Assembly (NCBI GenBank): GCA_000934665.2
Contig: JYFJ02002255.1
Coordinates: 1-60,184, forward strand
Direction of reading: 5' to 3'
Source: Catajapyx aquilonaris
Lineage: Eukaryota
DNA: 60,184 bases
The stretch's first letter is position 1; the number at the start of each line of letters is the position of its first letter. This document shows positions 37,264-50,988 of the stretch, piece by piece. Below the pieces are notes generated by a model, which saw only the letters and a list, made by a program, of their open reading frames with translations, searched no databases and was not told where the DNA came from. The translations under genes were made by a program, and so were the position numbers.

Positions 37264-37811
37264 CAGGGTGGTCCAAAAAGAATGCTCCTATTTTAAACCT
37301 CTATAACTAAAAAAAACTTGTAGACATATTTTAATGTTTTAAGTTTTGAAATGCTACGAAATGTCTATTTTGGTCTTACCATAGCTTGATTCGATATGAG
37401 CCCCATTTGTCGCTGAAAAATGTAAATATGGTAATTGGTGCCGTGCCTAACCCGCTGGAGGCTGAGCAAATGAAACTTTCCTATAAGGCAGGTGTGTTTC
37501 ATGGATGAGGCGACTTTTTATGTGCATCAAGAACAATGTGTGTGGTGTAAAGACCAGTCATCTCCAGCACCTATACGGGATAGAATTGCAACGGTTACTC
37601 CAGATAATTATGATCGATGGGTTTTTGGCTCAACACCGAATACCGTCTTTTTTATCTGACGAGCGACAAATGAAGCTCATATCGAACGAAACTAAGGTGA
37701 GACCAAAACTTTAGACATTTCGTAGCATTTCAAAACTTATCATTTAGATATATCTACAAGGTTTGAAGTTATAGAGTTTTAAAATAGAGACATTCTTTTT
37801 CGACCACCCTG
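37264..37811 (+). mobile_element. Tc1/mariner internal-deletion derivative with long TIRs and a transposase remnant
   Basis: TA-CAGGGTGGTC...GACCACCCTG with >100 bp TIRs. Internal DFL..IKNNVCGVKTSHLQHL/RDRIA resembles the DFFLWGYxKxxVY...L..RI C-terminus of mariner-like transposases. Confidence 0.75.
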
Positions 37812-38738
37812 CTGTATTATGCGAAGGCGAGGTCAATCATCAGTACATACACAGCATAGTGGCTCCCAGGTTCATTCCCTATTTGCTTGAAACAAACAAT
37901 GATCAAGCCCCTTTTCAATAAAGCCCATTATTATTTCGGCTGAGCAAGGGTGATATTAAAAATACATGTGATTCTTGAATCTCAAGTTAACGCCTTCTAT
38001 AGCAATGAATTTTGAGCGTAAATATACAGCGGAGAAGTATTGCATTAGTATAACTGTTGAACTTTAAGTGCGAATGTGTTGAAAGTTTTTTTAAAGCCAA
38101 CTTTTAATCTATACGCCTCTAAATAAAATTTCGCAATAATTTTGGTCGGACTGTTGTGCCTGAGATATATTTTGGCAAAATTTGAAGTCTCACGGTCACA
38201 TAATATATAGGCTACTTGCTTCTGGTGACAGAGACTGTCGCACCCTATTAATCAGAAGATAGGCAGGCTACCTTTATGGCGTTGTAAGCGTTGTACAGTA
38301 CTAGTACATTACCCATGTTGCGACAGACAAAGTGACTTGGAAATTGGGTAAATTATTTTTCGAATTTGACAGGTGATAAACAGCAATCGGTCAAAATGAA
38401 TATAAAAGGTCCCCCTGTGCCAGTTTACCACTATACTTTCGGAGTCTTCAAAATGTGATATGATACACGGTGAATTGTTGTGTTCCCCGGCATTGTAAGG
38501 GGAAGACTACATTCTATACTGTATTTATTGGTGCAGTGTGAGTGGGATATTTCATATGTGGAATGTATGTTTTCCTTCGCGATCAGTACCGGAAATTAAG
38601 GTCCGCTATATGCACACTTTCAATTTCCATTTTCCCACTTTAAACTGGTTTTAAAATGTTCCACTCTTTATAACATCATGTTGATGTTCAGGAAACATTT
38701 AGAAGGTCTATAATTATTTGACCCTCAATGCATTATTA

Positions 38739-38805
38739 TTTTTTTGTTATACCCCGTGCTAGGGCCCTAGGCCCTCTTAGGGGAGTGGAATACGACCATC
38801 GTTTC
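38739..38805 (-). mobile_element. 5'-truncated 3' tail of the SINE family (or of its partner LINE)
   Basis: Matches 6450-6505, has an A-rich tail on the minus strand and an imperfect TSD TGCATTATTA / TGCAATATTA. Confidence 0.7.
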
Positions 38806-41800
38806 TGCAATATTAATGTTATGGAAAGGATTACAAGCATTGTTTACTCCAATGAAATGCAATGCAGTTTGGGAGTGTTGTGATGTATAATCCAAACTGA
38901 ACGGTCTTATGCACCACTATAAAAGAACAGCAGGCTCATAGAGCTCATATTCACAGATCTTAATAATTATCATAATATATTATTATATTGTATTTTGTGA
39001 TGTTAACTGATATTATAGTTACGAGTTTGTTATAGATAATCAACATTAACCTGCACTGTAAATGCGGTACTACAACACTCTTTAGCTACACCTAACGAAT
39101 ACATGCTATACTCTATTCTTTGAAAATCGAAGCCCTTATTGCTTTCTGTCAGAACCTCAACCTTCCTTACCTCTCCCTCCAGTGTCATCAAGTCGGTGTA
39201 CATATAGCCTCGATTCGGTTAACCAGTCCACCATTTCGAAGACCCTGCACAAACACAAAATGGCCTACAAGTAGTAGCATACTACTATATAATGGCGAAG
39301 GCAAACCAAGAGGATCTCTGGGGGAGAATGTATGCCGGGAAGTGAGACTATACATACATTTGGGAAAAGCCGGTAATGAAGAGAGAGAAAGGGCTCTTGG
39401 AAGAGAGAGAGAGAGGGTGGGAAACGGGGGGGAGGGGAGGAAGGGAGGCGTAGAGCATGCTAATGATGTGTGGCGAAATGGAGACGCTTGTCAGAGCGGC
39501 GTGGCGACACGGAAAGCTGCTCGTCGTCGTTGTCGGCGGATTTTATTAGTTTAGTTAGCGCGAAGACAGCCAGCGAGAGGGCAGCCAGCAGGGTTGGGTG
39601 TGTGACAGCGGCACGTCTCCCTAGGACTGCGATCCGCCGGTAATTGTATAAACCTTTCCCGTCAGGCGGCACCAATTTGGGACCCCTGAGAGCAGAAATG
39701 AGGTAAATACGCCCGCTTACTGTCTGCCCGATTAGTTTAGTTAGCATGTTAGGGGCCAAAGTTCGCAATGCTCCTCGGAACTAACAAATATGCACGCGCG
39801 CCCTTCACTCCAAGTTAGGCTTATTTCCCCGCCCGAAAATTACCCCATTAGCCCCGAACGCCGTGACAAAAAGAACATCTAATTGAAAGGAAAGGTTCCG
39901 CTCCGGCATAATGAAGCAAGTTCAAAAGAAACATTAATTCAACTAATAACATCAAAACTCGTTCGTTTTTTTTATATCTTCTGACTCAAAATTCTAATGA
40001 CATCCCGCGGAAAATTTTTCTTCGTTGAAAACTTGGGGAGACCTCCCCCACCCCCCCCCCCCCCCCCCCCAATGCTGTTTCTCACGTCTATATATTTTTT
40101 CGTCTCTTCTTCTTCCTTCCCCTTCTCACCTCCCTCTTCATCTTCTCCTTGATTAACGACTCTATCTCGCTTATTTGCAGAGTGTATCAATTTTCGCTTT
40201 TTCAAGAGAGGGGGGGGGAAAAAAATTAATAAGTGAACTTCTTGACTGCCTAGTCTCTGCAAAAGTTATCAGTTACAAAATCTTCTTCTGCAGGTTATAC
40301 GCCAATGATTCGCAATGCCTCGTTAAAAAAGCAGCCATCTTCGTCGAGGGAGCTGCAATGGCAGCAAATGATGTTGGGGGGGGGGGGGTGTTACTTCATG
40401 CGTCACTGCAGTTATATGGTAGGTATTATATAGGTCGAAGCCTGGTGCAGCCGGATGAGAAGGGGCTTTTGTGCAAAATTTGAGTGAAATGGCAAAGAAA
40501 ATCATGCCTGTTAGGGCAAGTGCTTGTTCCTGCCACTTTCATCGCCATTCTGCCTTCCCCCGGCGGACCATTTCCTCCCATTCACCAGGAAATTTTGAAA
40601 TTGCGGCTCTCAATTTTGAGCGCCTTGGGAACTGCAAAGTCTCTGCCTCCCTCCCAAAAAGTCCGGGGGAATGTAAGAATCCACGATTTCCCAACGTCAC
40701 ATCTCGAGAGCCAGAGGCTGTGCAACCGACTCAAATATCTGATTTTTACAGCCACACACTAAGATGGCCAACAGAATGCATAAAAAGTAGTAGGCCTATA
40801 CAAGTAAATATGCTGAACGCAAAAATATTGGTATTGAGAGACCTTTTGGACACTTTTCTTTAAATTTTTTTTTGAAAATAACCAGTAGTTGTTTCTCTAC
40901 TTGGCCCTTCTGGCTATCCAAATGGAGACGTGGTTATTACCGTGCTTTGGCCTTAGGCATAAGCGAGCAAATGTACCCAGCAGCAGGAGTAGGTAAATCC
41001 CTATGGCCAGAGGGCGTGGTCGATCGGCAATTTGGCACCAGGGATGAGTATTTTTAACGCGCAGAAATGATTGATAATTAATAGCCCTGCTGCCCAGGTG
41101 ATGATTTGCTAGGGCCTGGGCAAAATTGGCGAGCTATTCATTAGTTCCGCCGCTGCATTTCCCGATTGCTCTAACGAGATGATTTGCTCCGCCAACCTGC
41201 CACTCTCCATTGTTATCTCATTACTGCACTTGCTACCACACTAGTGCTCTCCGCTCTTACTGCACTTTTTAGCTTCCATTTTCAAACAAAATGCAGCTGC
41301 CTGATGCAACGGGACGAAAGCACTCACCTCTCGTTGCCTGTAAGCACCAATTAATATTGAAGCACCATTGCAAATTTGCGGATATGTTGGTTATCGACAT
41401 ATGCATTTAATTACATGCATCTTAGCTTGGGATCACGTCCACATATATACCACACAAGAGGTAAACCAACTTATTTACAAAAAGTGTCATTATCATAATA
41501 TGAAGGGTGAGCCATGTCTGAGAACTTTCTGTAAAAAATTGTATAGGGCCTTTCAGTAATGTTTTAATTTGTACAAAGTGTATGGACAATGGTATTAACC
41601 CTTTAACATGTAAGATTTGTTCAACGAGTTTCAACTTTCTGAAATGTTCCGTGCATAAGGATGTACAGTATAGTATAGCATGTAGTATTTTTTGCGCCGT
41701 AAGTATATATCGGATTGGAGGTGTCAAGTGTTGTCGCTTCTGTTTGGAGCGTGAGTTTGGTGAAGAAGTCCTCCAGCCAGAAGAGACAAGATCCAAAGTG

Positions 41801-44800
41801 ACAAGCTCGACCCAACAGCTGCCGACAGGAATTCTGGGCCTTGTAAGTATTTGTGTAATTGGAGGTGAGTTGGTGGTGAGCAAAGTGGCGCCAATAGGCT
41901 CCCCTTCGTGTTTTCTTAGCCTTCGTCTCCCGAAACGAAACATCTGGGCTACTTATGGGATTGTGTATACACAACGGCTGCAACTTGTATCCCACTCGCA
42001 AAAGCAACTCTAATCTTTCCCAACCTTCACTCAAGCAGAATAAGCGGAAGTCCAAACGTCAGAAAAGTTCGAGCAAGCTAAACTGGACCTTATCCAGAAC
42101 CTGCTCACATCCACACTCTACCCGCACAGTAGCTTCAAAATTCAAGGTATTTAGTAATTCCGATTTTTGAACATGCTAAAAATAATTTCATTTTCATGAA
42201 AGGAACAACGTGACAAAATATTTTGCTACAACCTGCATGTTCTAATCACTATCATTGTACCATATAAATTCACAATTCAAATCAAATCCCATGCATTTGC
42301 ATTCCTGAGTATTTTAAATCGATTCAAGATAAAACTGTACATGCATATTTTTTTTCAACCCCAAAAAATGTCATGGCATCCAACAGCGTTCACCATGCAC
42401 GACGTTCCTCCCGGAGGCTTTAGGAGGCTGGAGCAAAGGTCGAGCGCACCATTTGCAGATGCATCCCCTCGATATGTGACGCCGCCTAACTGGATATTTG
42501 GTCACCGTCGGTGGCTGTCATTTCCATAATTTGATCTGGGCGCAATTCGCCCGCATCAGCGCGATTATGCCCCCTTCACACAGTTGCCACCATCCATCCC
42601 CAGCTCCCTCCATCCCTTCCATATTTCCCCTTTTCCCCCACCAACATCCCATCCACCCACCCACCCGAAAACATACCCTCTGGCTCTCATAGTAAAATGA
42701 AGCTTCAGGCAAGGCCTTTTGCAAATTCCCCTTCCTCCCTCACTCTCCCACCCCCGCCTTCCCCCAACGCCAAAATTCCCCCTCATTAGCATTTTAATTT
42801 CATCTGCAGCTTCTCTCACACTCTTCCCGTTTCGTCTGTGTTATCATAAAATGTATCCAACAACAGCATTCAAGGTGGTCATCATTTTGCAAATCAAAAC
42901 CGCTGACTCAAAGTTTGTTTAAGCGTACCTTTATGTCTTTATTTCAGCACTAGGAACATTTTCCATAGGAAATGTTGTCAACTCTTTTGGTATTGTAATG
43001 ACAATGTTCTGTAGCGTAATAAATTTATGGATTCGTGTATTATAATCATTTTTGTGACGTATACTTGACACAAGATACCTCGAAAACATGAAATTCTGCT
43101 CAATTGTTGTGGATAGGAATGGCTGGTAACGAGAATTATTAAAATTTCACAAGGTTTCATTTACGACTCAGAGTTATGAAGCTCATGCACATAGCTGTAA
43201 TAATTTTAAATATGTAAGGCATCTGGGAAGCTTTCACTTACTATACTTTAAGTACCTCATAACAGACAGTGACAAATTGAATGTAGTAATTTTTTCCTCG
43301 CAGACTATTTCTTTTTATGAAAAGTTATTAGTACCTGAAGAGGTGGGACCTCAGTATGCAACAAGCTCAATTCAGCTTTGACAATTACATGCAGTGAAAT
43401 AGGATTAAGATGGTAACATACGTGACAGGCAGAAAAAATACGCAGCAACCTTGAGAGAAAACAGGGCCCGCCTCGCCTCCTCCTTGTCCAGCACTCATCT
43501 AACTGACAGATGATTCCATCGCGACTGAATCTATGCTACACTTGGGCATTTTACTGCCCTATTTTGAGCGATTTCACAAGTTCCTACAAGAGTACCAGTC
43601 AGATGGTACGTAACAGAGTGTGACGATGTCACGCTTCACATGCTTAAATGATTTGTAAAATTTACCCTAGTTATATGTTAAATGACAATGATATGTATAA
43701 ACTTTGGGGTATCCAATGATAACAAGCGTAAAAAAAATTGGGTTCAAAAAATTCGGGTACTGACACAGCTGTATGAAATTCACAAAGGACTAATCTTGCT
43801 ATCGGCTTCACCTCATTTCCATACACTTTTCATCATTTTTTATTTAGTTACATATGACTGAATGTATTCAAATCCATGTTTTTGATATCAAATAAACACA
43901 TATGAATGTCTCTTTCACGTAAATGAAAAATGACTTGCAGGATTGGTCACAGTTATTAATATTATTTTTTTCTATATTGACACAGCAAATGCGCAAAAAA
44001 AAATGAAAATGACCCGGCCCTCAGTTATTGCGTTGGGTTGTTCAGAGTGAATACCTGAAATTCTAAACGATCAGAGTTACATTTGACTAATTTCGAGACA
44101 TGAGGGTTTGAAATTATTTGAAGATTACAGAATATATTTCTTTTCAAACATTTTTCCAAAATTACTGCAGACATTTATATTTTGTTTAGTAATACCAGAC
44201 TTTCTCGTAAGTCAAATCCTTTTAGTTTAAGTTTTCGGGCTAGAGAAAGGTACCGTATGTTATGATACACAATATTATGAACACCGTATATAAAATACAA
44301 GGAGGTATTATTATTTTAACATGCAAATTTTTTTTGTACATTGATCCCTACATAATTATATCACAATCATTTCACTCAACTCGCACACCCTTGAAGTAAT
44401 TCCGTATACCATCATGTCAACGACACTTTTAAGTTGATGAGGTCATTTTTCAATAATAACTCTTAATATTTTAATCATTTCAGAGTTTGATAAGATCTTG
44501 TTGACCAGGTTGCATAAGAATTAATTATATAATTACGTGTATTATCATGCTCCAGTAAACAGATGACAGGGACATTACTTGATGAACAGGCCCCCTAATA
44601 TACTTACTTCCAGAGTGTTATAACACTGGAAGTATAGTATACAGCGAGACTCGCCTATATGACCCTATATATACTCGAACCATGCTGCATTGATAATATG
44701 GGGGCCCATTATTATTTTCAGTAATAACCTCAAGCAGGAAATGCTTGACGTTGTTATTTTGTCATAATTTGGAAATGTTCCTGCTTCCATGTTATGCAGC

Positions 44801-47800
44801 AGTACTGGTAATTTGAATTTTAATTACTCTTTTGAGCTTAAAACGTTAATAACTTGGTTTCATTATGCAAACAAGAATGACATTATAAATTAGGATATTT
44901 ACAAGTTTCAGTATTTATGCTATTAGTGTACTCAGGCTTAGCAATTAATTATAACGATGTGTATGTTTTATCACATTATCAACTGATCTCTAATCATAGG
45001 AGAACACAAATCCTTGATTTTTGCTCCAGTTTGGAAGAGTGCTGTGCATTACAATAACAGCTGTAGGCTATAACATCTCACTTTTGTCATGAAAAAGTAT
45101 CCAGAATATCCCAAATAGGTACAATTTTGGAATAGTTTGCTTGTAATGAATTTCTGATGATTTCCCAATATCACTTGTATAGTATTTTTCAAACCAATGT
45201 ATATACTCTCATATCACATCTCCACAAAAAGAATGTGAATCCGCTATAGGATAATATTCTAAACAATTATTGTCCACAAACTGCTCTTTCAATAATATTT
45301 TTATGGCAATTAAAATAATGTCATTCCATTATGGGAAGCTGGGAAGAGGACATCCAAACTGCTAAGTGACAGTGACATAAACAAATGGCAGCATGCAGCA
45401 AATTCGCTTCAAATTCGCGAAGTGACATCATTTTTACATCATGCAGTGTTATATAGTTTCAAAAAAATTTCCTGTACTCGTCTGCGCTTATCGGGACGGA
45501 CAGTTTTGCGGAATAGTTAGTTGAGCTGGTGTTGGGCAGTCAGGTTTGGGCCTACAGTAGTTGTCATCAGAATGGGGAAGCACAGGGTGGTCTGCATTGG
45601 GCCGAATTGTGGGCAGCCGCAACAACACAGCCGCCAGCTCATGTCGACCCGCAAAATTTTGCGCATTTCTGCCACTGCCACACTAGTGCAGCACGTTTGT
45701 ATAACTCGGTTTTGCATTGCTGCCACATCCGACTGGCTAACCTGCAATTATTCCGATAAGGGAAACCTCATGAAATTATCACTTGTTCGCAATACCCTGA
45801 TTGAGCTTCAATTTAGTCAACCATGGAGAGATGTAATACTGCTATTTTGCTGTAGACGAGTGTGAATTTGAGCATGTTAGGCTGATTCAGAACTTCCATG
45901 GAACAGAGTGTCTCATGCAGTACATGGGATGGAATAATTCTCTGGTTCATTGGAATGGAAGGTTGCTAGGGAGAGAGGCTTAGGGAACGAGGCCGAAAAG
46001 TGTGGCGGCCTGTATGAAACCGTTTAACAAGCCGAAACTCACCAGGTAATTTTCTACCTCGCCATCCATCCGTGCATTTAGTACTTATCTCATTACGCTT
46101 TGACTGAATTATCCCCCCCCCCCCCGTCATCATGTAATTATAATCCATTCCATATAATGCGTCGTTATGGACGCATGAAGTGTTCCCCGAATGTGACAAA
46201 GTCTCCCCCCGTCTGTCTGTTGCCGTTTTGCCAACTCAGGCCTCTCCTAGCTTCTATAGTCTCTGCTTTACACTACATAGTCAAGGGCCTTTTGCCCTGA
46301 AATGCCTTTCACATGTTAGCTTATGAAATATTCTATGTTTAGTTGTTCAAACTTTGTCACAAAATTTCATTTAAAATCATTCACAGTCCAAATGAATGTT
46401 AAAAATATAGATCGCGCAATATTACAGTACTCAATAAAGGTAATTTTAAGTTATAAGGTATAAGGTATAAGGTAATAAGCTGAGGATCCAGCATGTGTGG
46501 TACTCTATCATAACATCGCATTTTCTTTAAAACGATGCTTTTATAGAGTGAAACGCACCATACTAACATGAGAACGAGTGGCGGGTGTATGTCGAAGAGG
46601 CCCAGTTGGCAAGTGATTCAAAAGAGTGGCAACTGAGTTGGTGAGTGATGGCGCAGGGGCAAAATGGGCGTGGTCTATCCAAAAAGCCCAGCCCATGGGC
46701 CCAACCCACGCGGCCTGCCTCCTGGCCCATCGATCAGCCATCAGAAGCGAATCCTCAAATTACTGCTTCCATTACCAACTCTGAAATGCACCTCCAACAG
46801 AGCTCCTGTTATATGAACGGTGTATTTTTGTTCGGCATTATTTTCTGGAGCGCGACAGATGTCAAAATAATCTGGCAAATACAGACCCCGCCAGTGGCAC
46901 TAACTATATTCATATTCCTCAGGGGTCAGATTGCTAATGTGCATTAATTTTATTGACTGGAGAACAAAATTTTCATTGAATTATGAATGACTGTCTTGTA
47001 TTCTCAAAATCCAGATATTTTAATCAGTATGTTACTTTCAGAGAAAAAATGTATAAAGTTGACAAACGTTATTATACAAAATATTTCCAGAGAGGTTTCT
47101 TGCTACAATAAAGAGTTATGTAACACACTGGATATTACGTATATATAAGCCTATCAAGGCTATCAAGGGGTAATTAAAATAATTTAAAAATTTAAAAAAA
47201 TATTACGTATACATATTTGTCACTGAGAATATATTCATCTGTATATTACTTATTTTGCTTTATATGCTAATAATTGCTACAATATTGATCAACTTATGGT
47301 CATTTTCAGAGTATACAATCGTCACTCTAGAAAAGTGATTAGTCATTTATTATTACTGTACATACAGGGTGGTCAGTAATTCCAGCATAAGGAGCAAATA
47401 GGGATATTTTTCGCTCTAGTCCAAGCCAAAATACTTCATACAATTTTTGGTTTTTGAGTTGTCAAACAATAAGAGTCAAATTTTTCCTCACTTTATAACC
47501 TTTGGGCTATTATGTATTTAAAGCATCAGCGGGTTTATAGATATAGTGATGTCACTGCTACAGAATAGAAGATGCATTGAATGTCACATAAAGTGACTGT
47601 TTCAATATATTTAATCTTATGTATGTTATGCACAAACTTACAGCAAATGAGATTATTTGCCATAAGTGCACATAACTTGCGTCCAGATGCATGTAGAATC
47701 GACCTGTGTTGGTTACTTTCAGCTCTGCTTTCAGGAATGTTGTGTAGCTGTTGCTCTATCACAAAAATACTGGTCATTAGTAGAGCTGCAGCATATTTAT

Positions 47801-48208
47801 GTCAACAAATATTCATACATTCCAATGCTTGAAATGTGCTGTGATGATAATTGTGTTACGAGTATTTTCCTATAGAGATAAACAGGGTGGTGCCAATAAG
47901 GGTGCGCAATTCCTCTTGGTTTGAGGCTCTTACGATATTCCAATGTGATATTAGCCTGCTGTTTGATTTTTGATGCTTCAGTTTAATTACCGAAATAACA
48001 GCTTAAGCTTTGAACCGTCTTGCACCTCCAGCGATAAAGATCTGCAGGATAAGCGCCCCGCCAAAATTACCAAAATCAATTTGGGTAATTTCCTCTTGTA
48101 AATTCGTCACAAGTCTAAATTCGACAGAAAGTGCACGCTTTTGCGCCTGCCCTGTCTATACGTAACTTATTATAGGATGTATTTCAGGTGAAATTGCAAT
48201 CGGCTCTA

Positions 48209-49104
48209 CACTGTAAATCATGTACCGATTCATGTACTTATCAGTCCAACAAGAATTGTCGCAGCGGCAGCGCACGAACTACAATCTACGAGCACATCAG
48301 GGACACGAGAGACTGTAGTTCGTGCGCTGCCGCTACGACAATTCTTGTTGGACAGCAGGTAGCCTACTACAGGCTTGGAGGTGGTATTTGTGATGAACAA
48401 GTACCGTCTAAGAGTACTGATGACTTGTAGACGGTGTTTGACATCCAAGTCGGTAGGCCAACAATGTAATCTTAAGTTATAATCGTAACTGTTAAAAATA
48501 ACTACTTAATAAGAAGTAATTATATTGCTGAAAAATGAAAATTGCTATCACAGCGACGGCCACTTCAATCATTGCTAATTCCATTATTGCTTTTTCTCAA
48601 CACAATATTATTGTCGCAGGCTTCGACTATACTTCCATCCAAGTTTTTCATGGCAAATCTTATGGGCACTTATGCTAGGCGGTTGTATAGCGTAGATGTC
48701 CATCCCTAATCGCTTCTGAAAGACCTAGTTATTGTCGCTTTACAAATGGACAGTCGCAGGCTGTTACCATGAGGTCCAAATAAGGCTTGTCATCACAATC
48801 AACAGGGAGTCACATTGACAGTATCTTTTGGGAGATGGAAGGAAGCCATTTAAAATTCATGTAGCCTACCATTCATGTACCGACTTGGAAGTGGTATATT
48901 GTGATCAACAAGTACCGTCTACGAGTACTGACTTGTAGGAGGTATTTGACGTCGGTATAGCCTACATGAATCGGTACATCGTGATGTACCATTTTCAGGT
49001 CAGTACATCTGAACGATGGGCTGTCTACAAGTTAGTACTGCAGACGATATTTGTTGATCACAAAATACCACCTCCGGAATCGGTAGGCTACATGAATTAC
49101 AGTG
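48209..49104. mobile_element. Composite MITE region with CACTGTAA...TTACAGTG outer ends and a nested hairpin (48244-48352)
   Basis: Outer inverted ends cactgtaaatcatgtaccgattc / gaatcggta(ggcta)catgaattacagtg, internal copies of the 28341-28558 family, and a ~40 bp-arm hairpin gtccaacaagaattgtcgcagcggcagcgcacgaactaca. Confidence 0.6.
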
Positions 49105-50729
49105 CATGTGAACCTGCGGAATCAACCCTGGTATTTATATTCCCTCATTGATAGAAAATTGTCCAGTGCAGCTAGTGATGTTCTAATTTAGTTTCTGTTC
49201 ACTATACGTGAGAAAGGTAGAATGTTATAAGTACGAAGTATTACTTCCCATTCTAAGACATTTGTTTTACACTATATCATGCAATACTCTGGTGCACTTG
49301 GTCGCAACACATATAATACAAAACATGTTTGGCCAGAAGTGTCTTGTTGCTATATGCAACATACGCCCAAGGAATAAAGGCTTGTTTCGCGAATTCGGAG
49401 GTTATAGGAAGCGGGCGGGAAATGAGCGGGCATTCCGATAAACAGTTGTGACCTCTTTGCCGTCGGTTCCGGTCCGCTGCCCATCCGCTCAAAGTCCATC
49501 AGGTTGGCCTTTTGCTATTCAGCCCTGCCGTCCGTCGTCCACAGAGGAAACGCGGGATATTTGAATTATTACCTCCGCGAAAAGACCCACTTTTTGAAAC
49601 AGCCACTGGAGTGCTGATAGTTGCATAGCGCCAGGATAAGTCTGGCATAATTTTTTTGACACATAGTTCAGTATACGTATTTTGTAATGGCGAAAGAAAA
49701 AAAGGCATTACAAACTATTGGTCTCATTTGCATAACTCACATGCATTTACAATCAAAAAAATGTTTCCAAAAAACCTCGAGTAAATTGAATAAGATCACG
49801 CTATAGACCTGTACTCGCTTCGGCGGTATATACCTTAGTACATACACTAAATACCATGCTACATTGGCAGAAACATAAAATATATTAATTATTGGGAGAG
49901 GGTGGGAAAATTAACAAGACTATTTTCTAGAGCAACTATTATAAGGAGAGCATGAGATACTATAGGAGGACGTAGGTAGCCCATGTTTCACTTAACCTTA
50001 ATTCCCCGATATGGGAAAAGTATGTTGATTATTTAAAATCTTTTTACAGGTGGACTAAGATCACACTCGCGAAAAGGATCAGTAATCCTCAATTCCTTCC
50101 CCTCCATCCCCCAAAAAATACACCTGAACCACCATTGATAAAAGTAGTCAACCACATTACTAATCCTATACTCCTTTGTGTTTCCGGACGCACCTTTTTA
50201 AAATCGGCGACATTCTTTCTTAATTATCGGATATTCTGATGCAAACAGATATCCAACAACTCTCTGTAGACTTGTTCTTTGCAATAAATGTAGTTACTGC
50301 GGTATGCTCTCTTCCCAAATACATGAGCGCAACATGTATACAGACTATTGGTACTGTATAGTGAAATCATGTTTCCCTGTTTCCTCACTCTACAAGCCCG
50401 TTTGCTACTACGTTTCCCAAGCCGAGTGAGTGTCGATCTCCTAGCCGGCAACTTGCTTTTATAATCGCAAGCTGCGCTGCCTTCCATGCGCAAGAGCATA
50501 GACGCCGCCACCATCACATGGTGCTACCACGCATCTCAAAAAGATTGACACCTTCCAAAAAACGCATTTTTGAATATATCAAAGACTCCTCAAGTGGCAC
50601 ATTAGACCCCGTAAAAAAATACTAGGTAGACTCTGAGCAAAGCAAGTAGAGGTAGAGTGAATCAGAAGCGAGAAGCCATGCGTGGAGCAGGGGGTAGTTT
50701 TGGTATAGGTTGTAGTCGAGGGCGGAGAT

Positions 50730-50860
50730 CCGCATGCGCGTATGGCTCAGCATCGCCGGCTAATTGTCCCGCAACTGCCAATCACCATCCCGCCTCCAGC
50801 TCTTATTGGGCGACTCGCCATGGCCGGGATTAAGCTCCGGATATACAGAGATGGCTAATG
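50730..50860 (+). promoter_or_regulatory. Putative proximal promoter of the Vsx gene
   Basis: GC-rich stretch upstream of the ATG with CGCATGCGCG (NRF1/Ewg-like), CTAATTG, CCAAT, ATTGG and GGATTA (K50 homeodomain site). TSS not determined. Confidence 0.45.
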
Positions 50861-50988
50861 GGCCCGCACTGCCATCCATCCGCTTCTGGCGTCCCCGAAA
50901 CTAGTCCGGACTGCTATGTTGCTGGGGATGGCCGTGCCATCCTCGCCATCCGCGATATTCTACTAGTATAACCATCCCGGCCGCCGAC

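Noticed and set aside
41368..42055. Overlapping 143-173 aa ORFs with a CKIC..F zinc-finger-like fragment
   Set aside because: His spacing and linkers do not fit C2H2 repeats; cannot be supported without a database search.
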